A DNA stretch of 63,981 bases, filler included, from Jimgerdemannia flammicorona (lineage: Eukaryota), in the NCBI GenBank assembly GCA_003990765.1. It is 3 parts of 3 records of this genome, joined end to end, with 100 filler letters (N's around TTAATTAATTAA, not from the genome) between each part and the next. Parts side by side here need not be neighbours in the genome. Positions count along the whole stretch, not along the records: positions 1 to 21,447 come from RBNJ01001450.1; positions 21,548 to 42,993 come from RBNJ01001451.1; 1 more part is not named here. The stretch is one strand, 5' to 3'. How positions within the stretch are numbered: position 1 is the first letter of the stretch; every line of letters starts with the position of its first letter. Made by a program: the position numbers and the translations under genes. The notes under the pieces were generated by a model. It had not been told where the DNA came from. It saw only the letters and a program-made list of their open reading frames with translations, and searched no databases. Shown piece by piece: positions 13,479 through 27,800 of the stretch.

Positions 13479-13768
13479 TAGTACTCCTAATAAATTAAAT
13501 CAAAGGTAAATTTGATTTGAAATTTAATTTGAACTCTATTTTTCAAAATATAATAACTTGACAAAAACATATCCAAATTTAATAATCTTTAGCTTATTAG
13601 ATTTTTCTATATAAGAGGAATCTAACAAGCTAGAGATTATTAAATTTAGACATATTTTCATTATTATTATATTTTAAAAAATAGTGTTCAAATTAGACCC
13701 TTAATTTAATTTAAATTTAATTTAATTTGAATTAAAAAATCTCCAATTTGATTCATTTGAGAGTACTA
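13479..13768. mobile_element. Degraded copy of the hAT-type MITE seen at 48251
   Basis: Termini TAGTACTCCTAA / TTGAGAGTACTA and the same internal inverted repeat as 48251-48669, in opposite orientation. No clean TSD. Confidence 0.7.
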
Positions 13769-14395
13769 TAGTATACAGAATAAGATATATATATATGTAG
13801 GCTACTATAAGCCTTACTATATCTAGTATATTCAAGCTACTGAATAATAACTAGCCTAGATTAATAGGGGAGCAGTGTTTAGAGTAGAAGTAGAGGAAAG
13901 TTTTGACTTATATAGTCTAGGTTTTCTTTTAATAAAAATCTATAAAACTTGAGTCTATTAAATAATAATAATAATAATAATAATAAGTATAATAAAAATT
14001 ATATATCTTATTTTTTTATTCTTTTATTTTTTTTTTATATAAAATTTTGATTCTAAAAAAAAATATAATTTTTATTAATTTATTATTAATTTATAAATAA
14101 AACTTTAAAAGTTAAATTTTTCTATATTATAGATTAATAAATATATTAAAAATATCTAATTAGTTTTTACTTAATCTAATAAGTAGTAATTTATAATATT
14201 TTATTTTTAATTATAAAGAAATAATAGTTATTTTAAACTTTAGTATAAATATAAGATTTTAAATATAAATTCTATATATTAAAAATTTATAAATAAAAAT
14301 TTAGTTTAAATAATATATCTAATTAGTTTAGATTATTATAATAATAAATAGTTAAAAGGATCTATTGATTTTTTTTTAATATAAACTATATTTAA

Positions 14396-14875
14396 TATAA
14401 TATAGTGGATATATAACTATATAAGTACATTGGATTTCTATATCTTGAAAACTTGATCTTCTTTGACTTTACAGAGTTCTCAGATATAAAGATGGGTAAG
14501 TTTGAAGTATTTCTGTCTACAGGCTTATTAGTTTCTTTACTTTCTCTTTACTTTGAACTATCTTGATCTGAGGTTTATTTACTCTAGATACTAGAGATAT
14601 TTATACAAGTTTACTAGCTATAAGATGGCTAAGTTATGATTATATTTCCTATAAGTTACTTTTCAAAATCTGCTAAATCTTTGATAATTACCAAAACTTT
14701 AATATCTGTGAAGTTTTTAACATTTGTGAATACTTTAATATTTGCTAAAACTTTAATATTTATGAAATATAACTACTATTTATAAGGCTATACTATATTT
14801 GAGAATTGGATTCAGGTACTATGATCAAATATCTATTCTCCTAATTCATATTCCTAATTTAGATCAACTATCACA
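14396..14875 (-). repeat. 3' LTR of Gypsy A
   Basis: Direct repeat of 20591-21071; reads TATAA(<TGTAA)...TCACA on the + strand. Confidence 0.88.
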
Positions 14876-14926
14876 ACTTTCTCTTGAATGGATGATTTGT
14901 CTCTGAAATATTCTATTTACTCAAAC

Positions 14927-15350
14927 TCTCAAGCTTCTATAATTTGTATCTCCTTGTACTATGTGATTTATACTATTATATTTTTCTAATAGTATCTCTT
15001 GATATATCTAAAGTCTCCTGGAGCTACTTCTTAAAAATAAGTTAGGGTTTATTTATCTTCTTTGAATAACTTGTGCATTTTTTTAATAATAGTGATCTGA
15101 GTATAAGAGAGCTAGCACTCTCTAATCTAGTCTTCTTTTTCCATCTCTGATCATAAGTTTAGTAGCTATCCCAACTTGAAGTATTCTTGAAACTCAGTCT
15201 AGTTCTGGTAGGCCTTAAAGTATGAGATTTATAATAAGTATGTCTGGACTTTACTCTGGATACTGTCAAAGGATTTTTCTAGAATCAGTAGCTCAGTAGT
15301 GCACCATTGTCTTTCTATAGCTTATTGTATAGTATTGATAATCTTGAGGA
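14927..15350 (-). pseudogene. Decayed ORF3 of Gypsy A
   Basis: Nucleotide similarity to 49216-49641 at the same position between integrase and 3' LTR. Boundaries approximate. Confidence 0.7.
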
Positions 15351-18300
15351 CTATAATAGTACTTTATTAGTTAGCTATAATATTTTTTAAGTCTGTTTTG
15401 GTAAATAGTAGTAAAGATAATTATACCTAAGAGTTTTTGTAACCAAAAGGTGGTTCTTTTTATATCTTGTATAAAATAAGGTCCTTCTTACTTAGACTCT
15501 AGTTTTTATAACTATAAAGCTTCTACCATATTCTAATATACTAGAACTTTGTCACCTATCTTGATAATCTCTAGAGGCTTGTATATTTTTTCTGCATTAT
15601 TCTACTATAGTGTCTGCACCTTGATTATATAATCCTCAGTCTTTTTTCTGATTTGATATAGTTTCTGTATTTCTATATTCATATATTTCCATATAGTATC
15701 TCTATTAGATAATAAGATTTCTTAAGAACTTTCTTCTCTAAACATCATCTCTTAAGAGGTGAAATAGGTACTTTGTGATCAAATATCCTGAAGAGCAAAT
15801 AATGCTATTAGTAGATAATGATTTCAGTTTTTGTAGTTATTATAGATTTTGGTAATAATATTTTTGAGGGTCTTATTTGTCCTTTCTACTTATCTATTTT
15901 CCTGAGAGTGATAGGCTATAGTCTGAATATGCTGGATCTTATACTTCTTATAGAGAATCTCAAAGAACTAGTTTATGAATTCTGTTTCTCTATCTGTAGT
16001 TACTTATGCTGGGGTCTTGAATTGGCAGATGATTTCTTTGTTGAAGAAATCAGCAATTGACTGTGTGTTGGCTTCTTTGAGGTATCCTACCTCTATTTAT
16101 TTTATAAAAAGTCTACAATGATAATGATATATCAGTTACTATTCAAAGTCAATAGTAGAGGGTTGATTACATCTATTACAATGTACATATGTGAAGGATA
16201 CTGGTTTTATGTGTATTGATTTTGGGATCTGATTTCATTGGTCTTATTTCTGTTTCTAGTATTTATTATAAGTCTTAACAAATCATCTGATGTCTTTCTC
16301 TATTCCTGGTCACTACATTGTTCTTTTTACTTTATTGTAGATATTTGTTCCTCCTAGATAGCCAAGTTTATATACTTATTTTATTGCTTACTCCTTCTTG
16401 TATTTGGGTATAACTAGTAGCTTTCCTTTCTTTAGTATTTCTTCATCAGTCTTAAATTATTTCTATATATTATTAATAATCATTTGTATCCATTCTTTCA
16501 GATATTGGAACATCTTTTACTGTTCCAGATAGGTGATAATTCTATAGTAAAGTTCTTTATTTATGGTTGATTTACTAGTTGGGGGTCTTTAGAGTATCTA
16601 TGAGAGAGTATCTGCATTGGCATTAGTTCTTCCAGAGCAGTATACAATAATTACATCATAAGCTTGCAACTTTATAATTTATCTAGTATAGATTTCTTTG
16701 GGTTATCCAGTGGTCAGCAGCTAGGTGAGAGCAGAGTAGTCCATCTGAATGGTGAAGTGTCTCTCTGTTAGGTAGTAGTGGAACTTCTTTATAGCCCAGA
16801 TAACTATGAGATATTCCAACTTATAGGATTCATATTTCTTTTCTGCTCCTCAGGTTCCTTAGCTTAGATATGCAATAATATACTCTACTTTGTCTTTCTT
16901 CTGTATCAGAACTGCTCTTAGTCCTTGTATACTTATATCTACAAGATGAATTCTTAGATCCAATCAGGTCTTCTGAGGATGAGTGCTTGGGTCAGCCTAA
17001 TCTTAAGTTTATTGAATACTTTTTGTTATCTGCTAGTTTATTGGAACTTGACATTCTTCTTATTGAGTTTGTAAATTGGGCCTGCAATATTGGAGAATCC
17101 TCTAATAAATCTATAGTAGTATGAGACAAGTCCCATGAAGGCTTAGGCTTCAGTAATAGTAGTGGACCTTAGATATGCTACTATTACTTGAATCTTGAGA
17201 AAGTCTGTATATATTTCATCTCAGTTGATGATATAACCAAGATAGGAGATCTTGATTTCTGCAAACTTGTACTTCTTGGACTTGATGTAAAGGCTATGTT
17301 TTCTTAGCTTTTCCATCATCTGCTAGATATACTGCAGATGTTCTTTGGCTGTCTTGCTGTAGATGATAATACATATCATCTATATAAACTATCATCTATC
17401 TTCCCATATTATAGCAAAAGATTTTATTTATCATTTGCTAAAAGCTTGCTGATATATTATATATTCCAAATGATATTTACAGATAGATATAGGTTCTATC
17501 TAGAGTAATGAAGGCTGATTTTTCACTTACTGCTTTGGTGAGACTAATCTGATAGAATTCTGAGTATAAATCCAAGATACTGTAGTACTATACTTCATCT
17601 TCCAGAGTTACAAGGATATCACTAATGAGGGGTAGTGGTTGATAATCCTTCTCTATAGTCAGGTTGAGCTTCTTGTAATTGGTACAGAGTCTTGAGGCAA
17701 ATTCTTCTGATTTGCTTCCTTTTTTAAAGACTAATATGACTAGTGAAGCCCAGGGACTACTGGCTTTTTTAATAATACTGGCTTCTTCCATCTGCTTGAT
17801 TTCTTCTCTGAGCCATTCACAATAGGCTGGTGGAATTGGCCTTGCTTTTTGGTAGATTGGTTCAGTGTCTCCTGTATCTATATTATAATAGTAGTATAGA
17901 GTCTTTTCTTGATATTATTGAAGTCTGTGGCTAGGATATCCTTAAATTTATACAATATCTTCTTGAGTTCCTTCTTGAGCAGAAATTTATCTCTAATGAT
18001 ATAGTTATGCTTATTTGTAGTTTCCTTCTTCTTGTGATCTAGTTTAGTAATCTTGGTGCTAATAAATACTCCTCTTCATAGATCTGAATCCCTTCCTTCC
18101 TCTTTCCATTTCTTCTAACTTCTTGACTTCTATGATCTTTAGCTGAAGAACTGGAAAGATCAATATCTGTACTAATCAGTCTTTCTTTTTGATTAGAAAT
18201 GGAATTATAGGATTATAGTTTCTAGCAATGAGTAGTATTTCTCCAATATAATCCAAATTGATGACTTCTCCTTCAATAGTAATCTCACTTTTGACCAGAC

Positions 18301-20590
18301 TGCTTCTTATCTTGAGGATTCTGATATGGTCTTTTAGAATAGTCATCTCCAGACTAGTTATAAGTAGGGTAGTTATCTGGGGCTCTAGTACAGTTTCCTC
18401 TATTATGATGATATCCATTCTGACTGCATTCTCTGACTTGTATTCTGGTAGAACTATATCAGAGTGGATTTTCCAAATCTTGACCTTGATTTCTTCTTTA
18501 TCATCACTGTTCTCTAGGAGGGCTGATGGTTCATCATCCTCTTTCTCTTTCTTTTCTTATCTTTCTTATTTCTTGAGAACCTTCTGTCTTCTTTTATAGT
18601 AAATTTTCTTGATTCTACTGATATATTGGTAGCAATTATCAATATGTTTTATATAGTATATCTTAATTCTATAAGGGCAGACTCTTTGTAGTATATATCT
18701 TTTAATAATCCTTTTGTATCATTCTTCTTCACTGATTTATCTAACTTTCTTCTTCTTTTCTAAATAGTCACTATATAGGCTTCTTCTTACTTACTTTCTT
18801 TTTCCTCCATTTCAGGCAGTACTTCTTTGTTGATATTAATGGGAATTTACATCTTCTGGATATTGAGATCAATTATTACTCTGGCTTTATGAAGCCACTG
18901 GTTGCCAATAAGAATGTCATAGTTGGTAGCATTAGTTATAATTACATTCACTGAGATAGTTGCTTCTCCAAACTTAATGGAAACATTTTAGATCTTTTCC
19001 AGAAGTATGGCTCTTGTGCTATCTGCTGTGATAAATACCAATTTGATTGTTTTTTCAATCTCTCAACCTAGGTGGTCTGCTGCTTTCTTGCTAAAAAGAT
19101 ATTCTTCTACTCTAGTATCAATGATAGCCTCAAAGATTCTATTTTTGATTTAATAGATTACATAAGCAGATGTCTTAAAATTATCTTTACTCTTTTCTCC
19201 AAAGTCTTCTTGAATATTATTGGCCTCAGTTATCTTCCAACCTTGCTTCTTGGTCATCTTGGTAAGTCCATATCTCATTTTTTATCTGAATGTAGATATT
19301 TCTGCTAGCTGACCAAAGGTTACATTGACTTTTTATTGACTGAGGTCCTTGAAGATATTATACTTGAAAGTTTTAGTCTTGTGAAGCTTCTTCTTCTTTT
19401 CTTCTTCACTGGTTGAGGTAGTTTCTCAAATGATGTCTTGGACAGCCTGTCTCAACTCTATATCTTGATCTATTTCTTTGGCTTGGCTTTCTGTAGTACT
19501 CTACATCTGTTTCTCCATAAGGTTCTTAGGTCTCTCTGGTGGTCTCTTATAGGGTTACTTGTGGACATCTTTCTTAGTAGTCTGTATAGGATAGACCTCT
19601 CATTCTTCTTCATCTGATTCTCCACTCTCTTCAAAGATAATAGTATTGGCCTATTTCTTATTTCTTATAGCATTGCTTGGCTGAGCTTTGTACTTGATCT
19701 TGCTTATACATTTATATAAGTAGTGGTCTTCTTCTTTATAAGTATAGCAGATATCTTTCTTCTTGTCTGAGATGATAGCAAACTTCTGAACTGGGCAGTG
19801 GTCTCTTTCTCTAAATATCTTCAAGATGAGTAGTTATTTCAGCAAACTTCTTGACAAGTTCCTCCATTGGGTTGCTATTTCTTTACTACTCAGTAGCTCT
19901 TAGCTGAGATATGTTTCAATTGATCACTATAGTAGGAATCATACTGGTTGCCTTAGGTGCTTTGATTCTGACTCTAGTAACTCTTTCCATTATTTAGTCT
20001 TGTGGATATCTGGTTATCTAATATCTGGGCATAGGTAACTTTTTGTGCTAGGTCCAGAACTATTAGTGATGAGCAGATAGCCAGAGCTATCTCTGGGTAG
20101 ACTCCTTTTATAAAAGTTATCTCAGCTACTTAATCTTAGATAGTAGTAGCATAATCTGTAAAGATTATCTGATATCAGATTCTGATATAGAATGTGTTTA
20201 GATCCTTACTTATTCCTTAATATATTATATAGAGCTGATCCTTTAGAGCTTATTTGATCTTGTTTATATAGTAGGTAGTTTGGAGCCAAGCCTTCTATAC
20301 TGCTAGTATGGCATTGTCATCATTTTCTATATAGATTATAGTTGTAAATACTACTCTTACTGGTTCTCAGAGACTGAAGTATATGAGGGCTATATACTGT
20401 GCTTGAAATCATCAATGAAGGTGATAATTGATTCATTTGAGATATATCTATGAAATACTGATGATCTCATATCTATCTTATCTAAATGTCTTAGTTTGAT
20501 TTATATAGTTATTTAGGTAATAGTAGTTGTTCATTGTTCAGCTTGAAAGTGAGGAATTTGTCTTGAATTACCAGCCAATAGGTACTAAGT

Positions 20591-21071
20591 TATAATGTAG
20601 TAGATATATAACTGTATAAGTATGTCAAATTTCTATATCTTGAAAACTTGATATTCTTTAACTCTACAGAGTCCTCAGATATAGAGATGGGTGAGTTTGA
20701 AGTATAACCTATCTGTAGGCTTACTAGTTCCTTTACTTTCTCTTTGCTTTGAACTATTTTAATCTAAGGTTTATTTACTCTAGATACTAGAGATATTTAT
20801 ACAAGTTTTCTAGCTATAAGGTGGCTAAGTTATGACTATATTTTCTATAAGTCACTTTTCAACATCTGCCAAATCTTTGATAATTGCCAAAACTTTAACA
20901 TTTGTGAAGTTTTCAATATTTGCAAATACTTTAACATTTACTAAAACTTTAATGTTTATAAAATATGACTACTATTTGTAAGGCTATACTATATTTAGAA
21001 ATTGGATTTAAATACCATAATCAAATATCTATTCTTCTGATTTATATTTCTAATTTGGATCAACTATCACA
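20591..21071 (-). repeat. 5' LTR of Gypsy A
   Basis: Direct repeat of 14396-14875, adjacent to the leader and gag start (~20534). Confidence 0.88.
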
Positions 21072-21332
21072 TTAAATATTAAACTTTATTAACTTACTAA
21101 GACTTAAATAAATAATCTAAAAGTATAAATTATTAAAAAATATATATATTAAGATGACAACTCAATATATTAGTATATAACTTATATCATTTTATCAGTT
21201 TTATATTATTTATTAGTAATGTATGAAATATATGATCTATACAACTTCAATAAAATATCTCTCTTTATAATAAAGATTATGAACCTCACTAGCACTAAGC
21301 TGCTATAGTAAATAAATAAATAAATATATATA

Positions 21333-21447
21333 TTTTTTATTTTTTTTTTATTTTTTTATAGTCTCTTAGACTTTGCTATTTATTACCAATCTATCAATAT
21401 AATTATATAACCCCTCTTACTACCCAATACCCCTAGGCCCCCCCCCT
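21333..21447 (-). mobile_element. 3' terminus of an L1/Tx1-like LINE with poly(A) tail, running into the gap
   Basis: Poly(T) on + followed by ATAGTCTCTTAGACT, identical to the 3' end of LINE B at 28319-28333. AATAAA present in element sense. Confidence 0.75.
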
Positions 21448-21547
21448 NNNNNNNNNNNNNNNNNNNNNNNNNNNNNNNNNNNNNNNNNNNNTTAATTAAT
21501 TAANNNNNNNNNNNNNNNNNNNNNNNNNNNNNNNNNNNNNNNNNNNN
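21448..21547. other. Artificial assembly gap spacer (N44-TTAATTAATTAA-N44)
   Basis: Exactly 100 bp, with an all-frame stop linker at 21492-21503. Identical structure at 42994-43093. Confidence 0.95.
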
Positions 21548-23378
21548 AGACTGCGCGCCACTTCTCCAGTCCCTTCCTTGAGTTCCACAAGACAAGTGCC
21601 CTCTCACTCGCAATCTGTCTAAGCTCCTCCTCATGCTGATCATCAACCTGATATTCAACTGACTCCAAGAGGACTGCCAGGATCTCGTTCCTCATCTTCC
21701 TCGGCACCTCTTCCCCATGTAGAATCTCCTCCCAATGCCTCTCCTCCATCACCCTGAAGTCCTCACCCCCCAGCTCTTCAGCCGCTACCCCTTCCAGGGT
21801 CTTCCACATCCACTTCTCCTCATCGACTGCCTCCACCGCCCCCTGAGCAATTCATCCCCCATCCACCTCAGGGTCCACCAGCGCACTCCTCCTTACTGAC
21901 TCATCCCACTTCTCATCTGGTACATCCATCAGCTCCTCCTCGCCTCCCGCCCCATTCGGCACACTATACTGAGGGCACCCACCATCCCCCATTTCAGCAT
22001 CCACCTCCAGGTTAACCTCCCTCTCCTCCCTACCTCCAATCGGAGCCCCGCCCTGGGCCATCTCTCCTCCTTCCACCCAGGCACTCTCCTGCAACCCTGC
22101 AGCCCCCTCCCTGGAGCTTCCAACAGCCCTACCCCCGTCCAACTTTGCCAACAACTCCTTCTGAATCCTCCTCCCCTGCATCTTCTCCCAGGCCCCTTTC
22201 TCCATCCGAACCCTCTTCCCATCCACCTCCCCCACCACCGTCCTGGCCTCGAACTCCTTCCAGGCTAATCTCCTCCTTGCAACAGCCCCTTCCAGGTCCT
22301 CCAGAGCTTCCAGTAGGTCCTCCTCCTCCTCCTGAGTCCCCTTCACCCTAGCAACCTTACACTCCACCGATCCCCACCTCAGCACTGCTGGCCAGTCCCT
22401 CGACTTCCCCGTATTCTCCTTTCCAGCCAGTCTCACCCTGACATCGATGTCTCCAGTTCTAAGCTCTGTGCCCTCCCAGACCTTGAACCCCATGTCCACA
22501 ATCTCGCCATACTCCTTTTTCACCTCTACAACCAACTCCCTGGTCCTTTCCTTTGATACCGTAGGGAGGTCCAACACCGTCAACTGCACCACCCGGGGGT
22601 CCCAGCGCATACACCGAGCCATAGGGACCACAACCCCGCCAACCATCACCCCCTTCTCCATGGCTGCCAACAAGGCATCTTCCTCCTTGAACCCCACTTC
22701 AACCCCTTCCTTTCCCCTCAAAAACTTCACCGATGCTGCTCCCCTAGCCTCCTGCGCCACCAGCCCCAAAATCATCCTCACCGTCACTGCCAAGCCCCGG
22801 AAGCACATCGTGACCACGAATTCGGACCTTGACTTCTTGAGTAATGGGGCCGACACCATGCCCGTCACCCCATCTGCCAGGTCCCGGGCCTCGTGCCCAC
22901 TCCAAGTCCCGAATTACCAACTGCCGTCACATCTGGATTTTTTGCCAGATCCCCAGTCACAGCCTCATCAACTGTCACATCTCCAGCCCCTACTCCGGCC
23001 TCTTCCCTACCACCAGAAGCACCCTGGGGTGCACCTCCCTGACCCCCAGCAGTAGCCATTGATGCCTTCCCCAGGCCCAACCAACTATCCAGCCCAGAAG
23101 CCATCTTCCCCATCCTGACCTTGTCAGCAAAGGTCGTCCTCTCCCCTCCTCTCTGCCTCAGACCTCCCCTCCCTCTGCCGCTGGGGCCCCAGCTAGCCAT
23201 CGAGGCCCCTGGCATCCCCAAACCATCTCCCCTCCTCCTCACCTGCTGCCAGCCAAAGGCGCCACCACTCCCCTGGCCAGTACGCTCACCAGATCGATCG
23301 TTGCCGTCCATGTTGTTAGTCATTGGACACAAAAACATTGTAGAAAGTGTTGTCTGAGTCTTGTGTAACCTGAATGTT
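21548..23378 (-). mobile_element. LINE F (subfamily 2): 5' end and ORF1 (ATG 23311), running into the gap
   Basis: 5' terminus AACATTCAGGTTACAC. ORF1 motifs RCMRWDPRVVQL and YGEIVDMGF...GTELRTGD. Confidence 0.85.
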
Positions 23379-24878
23379 GTCATCGGTACATCTTCTGCTG
23401 CCCCTCTCCGCCCCACCAGGCCCCTCCTGAGAAGTGGGGGGGGGGTACCATCTGACTCCTCCTCCCAGACCTCGAAAGTACCATCTGCATAGGAATCCCT
23501 GCCCAGTACCTTCGCAGCCCATTTCTCTGTCACCACTGGCTCCTTGCCGCCTTCGCTAGCCCATACACTGGCTTTGACGCCTCCAGACCCTACAGCCCCA
23601 TCAACCTTCTTCTTCTCCCCTCCAGTCATACTCGCCAAGAGCTCCCTCTGTCTCAAGCACCCCTGAGCCTGCTCCCACTGCCTCTTGTCAATGCAGATAT
23701 GCTTTCTCTCCACAATCTCCAAGTGCGTCAACTCCTCATAAAGTTTCCAAGCCTTTGCCTGCTGCTCCACTGCACCACTCATCTCCTCCAATGCCTCCAA
23801 CAAATCCTCCTCCTCCTCCTCACTCCCCTTCACCCTCGACATCTTACAAATGAAGGCCCCCCACATCAACACTGAAGGCCAGTTACCAGCCTTCCCTGTG
23901 GCCTCCCTCCCTGCCAGCTGAATCCTGACATCAACATCACCAGTCCTGATCGTCATCCCCTCCCACACCTGGAAGCCGATATCCACCACATCTCCATACT
24001 CTGCCATCACCTCCTCTACCCTCCTCCTCATCTCCTCCTTTATCACTGTGGGCACCCCCTTCACCAGCAGCTGCACCACCCTGGGGTCCCACCTCAAACA
24101 GCATACCATAGGGACCACCATCTCACCAACTGCCACTTCTGCCCTCAGTGCCTCTTCCAGGGGGCCCGCCTCCTCAAAGCCCACCTCAACTCCCTCCAGA
24201 CCATTCAGGAATTTCACTGAAGCTGCCCCAGCCACCTGCTTCGAGATAAGCCACAAGACCATCCTCACCGTCACCCCTAGGCCTCAGAAGCACAGAGTCA
24301 CCGCAAACTCCGAGATCAACTTCTTGAGTAATGGTGCCACCGCCAGCCCCATAACACCATTGGCCAGGTCCCCCTTCTGCATCAGGACTCCCTGCCCCAC
24401 CTGGCCATCAACCATCACATCTCTTTTTTTTCTTGATTCCCCGTCACGCCCCCATCAACAGTCACACCCCTAGCCACCGCCTCTCCAGCCCCTACTCCTA
24501 CACTCCCAGCCAGAGCACCACCCCCCCTCTCTAGGCTTACCTTGCCCTTCCCCTCAGCAGCCCCAGCCCTATTACCAGCCAGCCACCCACTCCCCTTGAC
24601 CTTGTTTGTGAAGCTCGGGAACCCGGATCTTCCCCCATTGTCGCTGGCAGACCCTTGCCCTCCAGCCCTGCCTCCTCCTCCACCATGTCCTCCTGCCAGT
24701 AGGCCCCTCATACTTCCCCCCAAGCCAGGCCCTCTCCCCACATGCTGCTATCCAAATGCTCCAGGGCCACCCTGCCCAGTACACACCTCAGGATTCTCGT
24801 CAGTAGCCATGATACTAGTAGCTTGTCTCCAGAAACTGCATCAAAAGTGTTGCCAAAAGATTGTGTAACCTGAATGTT
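23379..24878 (-). mobile_element. LINE E (subfamily 2): 5' end and partial ORF1, interrupted by F
   Basis: Same 5' terminus as F. ORF1 (CLRWDPRVVQL) breaks at EDVPM exactly where F begins; the equivalent in D continues EDVLMKG. Confidence 0.85.
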
Positions 24879-27800
24879 ACTAGAGAAAGATGCCACTGGC
24901 CAACTGTTCACCATGTTGCCATTATCGACCTCAAACTCCTTGCCCTCAGACTGCTCCCTGCCATCCTGCCAAAGAGCCCACCATTGGCCAGATATCTCCC
25001 CTAACATATCAGTAATCCCAGAGACCTCTACTCCATCTTCGCACAAAACCGAAGCCCAGCTATGTCTTACTCTCCTGGCCTTCAAGATACCAGACAGATA
25101 TCTCGTCGGCCTCTCTCCTTCTTCCAACCATCTAGCTTATAGCCTGGCCAGCAGGCCATCCACCACCCTGGTCTCCGACACCTTTAAATCTGCCTGCAAC
25201 TCAGCCACCTCTAATGCCAAACAGTGGCACACCTCCCCAGACAAGTTCCCCTTTTCCAAGAGCTTCAATCGCCATCTCAGCCCCTTCTCCACCCTCCTTT
25301 CTTTGTCCTTCTGTTCTTTTCCAGCCACTTCTTCAACATCATATCAGTAAGTACTAGCCAAATGTTTGAATTTACCCCACCATTCTGCTATCAACTGCCC
25401 TTCATTCTGCCATTGCCTAACTTCCTGTTTCATAACTATTACAAAATTGTCCCTCTCCTTCTTTCTTCTGAGTAAGGCCACATTGAGGCGCCAGTGCCCA
25501 CCACCACTACCTGCTGCTTGGAATCTCCCACAAACCTCCACTCCTCAGTGATCTGACCAAGAGCACCAGTGTACCTCAGTAGTGTCCAGTACATTACCCC
25601 AGCACTCCGCCACTAGCACCCAGTCTATTCATGTTCCAACCAAGGTTGTCCAACTGGGTGCCACCAGGTGAAAGGTCCCACCACATCCCCCTGCTGCTGA
25701 TGAACACCATCCACCAAGCCCATGTCTCACTCCACCTGAAGCCATTGAGAAAGTCCATGTGATACTATGACTTCTGCTCCACCATCAGATCTGTCCAGTG
25801 CTCGATCATGCACAATATTAAAGTCCCCCCCCAAAATGTCCAAAGCAACTACCTCCTGACCATCCCATGCTTGCCATCCCTCAACCTATTGCTTTTGCTC
25901 TCTGCCAAGTGCAGGGAGGTAAACTGATCCAACCATCAAACCATCACCTACCCCTCCTTTTAATCTTCCCCAAATCAGTCTGTCGCTGAAGCTCTCTACC
26001 TCCACCAACTCGCCTTTGCCTATACCAATCAAGATGCCCACCTGTATATTCCAACCTGCTCCACCATACCATTCTTTACTCCAAATCTCATAGTCTGACT
26101 TGCCATAAGCCCAAACATCCTGAAGAAACATAACATCATACCTCCTGACTTTAAGCTATCTGAAAAGCCACTGTCTTTTAACACCATTCCGCAATCTATT
26201 AACATTGATTGATAAAATACATAGATTGTTCACCATCATTAAGGAAGTTGTTTAAAGCTCAGCCAGGACTGCCACTACCTTCTCAGCCCTTCCTCTAACG
26301 ATCTCTTGCTGGTCCTCACAAATCGCTCTCTAGATTCTATCACCATTTTCACTGTTGTAGAACAGGTCCACTCTTTCCATCACTACCTTCCTGATGCCAG
26401 CCATTCTGCTCTCATCAATATCATATCCTTCATCATCTAGAAGGGTGGCTACCATGGCCATCACCAGCTTAGGCCTCTGCATCACTACCTTGAGAAATCC
26501 TTCCCATGCCTCCTGAGATCCATGAAACATGTCCACTTCCTTGATATCCTCCTCAGCCAGCTCCTCCAACACCGCCTGGTACCAACTCTCTGCCATCATC
26601 ACCAGGGGCCCAGGAGTTGAAGGCCTGGGAGTTCTGCTCAACTCTTGCAGTTGTTCTCTGTCTGCCAACACATCAGAAGCCACATCTACTAGCTCGTCCT
26701 CCTCCACCACTTTCTCCAAACGAATTACCTCTCCAGCTTCAGGGTACTCCCAATGCACATTCGCTGCCCCAGCCATATGGGTGTCCTCTACCTGAGTTTC
26801 CAGCACTACCTCAGCATCAACCTCAAAGCCTCCTTCACCAACCTCCTCCTTATCTGCCCACTTTCCTCTCACTGGTGCATGTGCCAAGTCCTCTACACCA
26901 CTCATCTGAGAGAAGGACACCTCTGCCACCTCCACTCCTTCCATCTGGTTCTTGGCTGCCTCTACTCTTGCCTCCTCTTCCACTGCCACCCCCTGAAGGG
27001 CTGCCTGTAGATGCTCCCAGTTCTCTTTCCACCACCTCTTCCGCTTGCCATCTGCCTCAATCCAGACCCAATCCTTTGCGTACTCCTCCCACTTCCTCTT
27101 TTGCAGCTCCTTGGCAGCCTCCCTCTCCTCTAGAGCAATTGCTAACTCTTCCTCCTTCTGTTCCACTCCCTTCCTCCTCCACACCTTGCACTCTTGCCCC
27201 CCAATTCTAATCCCTTCAGGTCAATCACGGCCCAGCCCAGTTGCCTCCTTGCCTTCCAAACACAGCATCACCTCGCAGTTACCATTCCTCAACTTGGTGC
27301 CCTCCCAGAACATGAATCCGAAGTCTACCATCTCACCATATCCACCCAGTGCCTCTACCACCATCTCCTTGGTCTCCTGCCTGCCCAGAGTAGGCAGTCC
27401 TTCTACCATCAGCTGAACAGCACGTGGATCCCACCTCAGACACCTTGCCATCCCAATCCAGACACCCTTGACTGTCATTCCTTTCTCCAGTGCCTTCACC
27501 ATCACCTCCTCCTCCACAAATCCAATCTCCACAGCCTCCGCCGAAGGGATGAACTTCAGAGACTCTGCTCCAGCCACCTCCTCCCCCACCAGTCTCAGAA
27601 CCTCCCTCGCTGATATTACCAATCCCAGGAAGTTCACCGAGATCGCCAATATCGATACCGATTTGTGAAAGAAGAGCCTCACCACCAGCTTGTCAGTCCC
27701 AGCTACCAGAGGCACCTTTCCTTTGGCCCCTGAAACATCTGTAGTCATCCCACCAGATACTGCTGTGCTACCCACAGTCTTCTCCCCAGCCACCTGCTCA

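Larger units (their letters stand above)
14396..21071 (-). mobile_element. Ty3/Gypsy LTR retrotransposon A, full length, heavily decayed (gag-PR-dUTPase-RT-RH-INT-ORF3)
   Basis: LTRs 14396-14875 and 20591-21071 with 4-bp TSD TTAA. Colinear with element B. RT remnant ASSPWASLVILV...PLPLISDIL at 17588-17791; dUTPase remnant ITIEGEVINLDYIGEILL at ~18200-18400. Confidence 0.9.

Noticed and set aside
21448..21547. TTAATTAATTAA palindrome within N runs (also 42994-43093) as a biological motif
   Set aside because: Identical 100-bp constructs with an all-frame stop linker are scaffolding spacers. True gap size and adjacency are unknown.
22865..24274. 469-aa ORF as a single gene (similarly 38273-38866)
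   Set aside because: Chance read-through across the junction of two nested LINEs.
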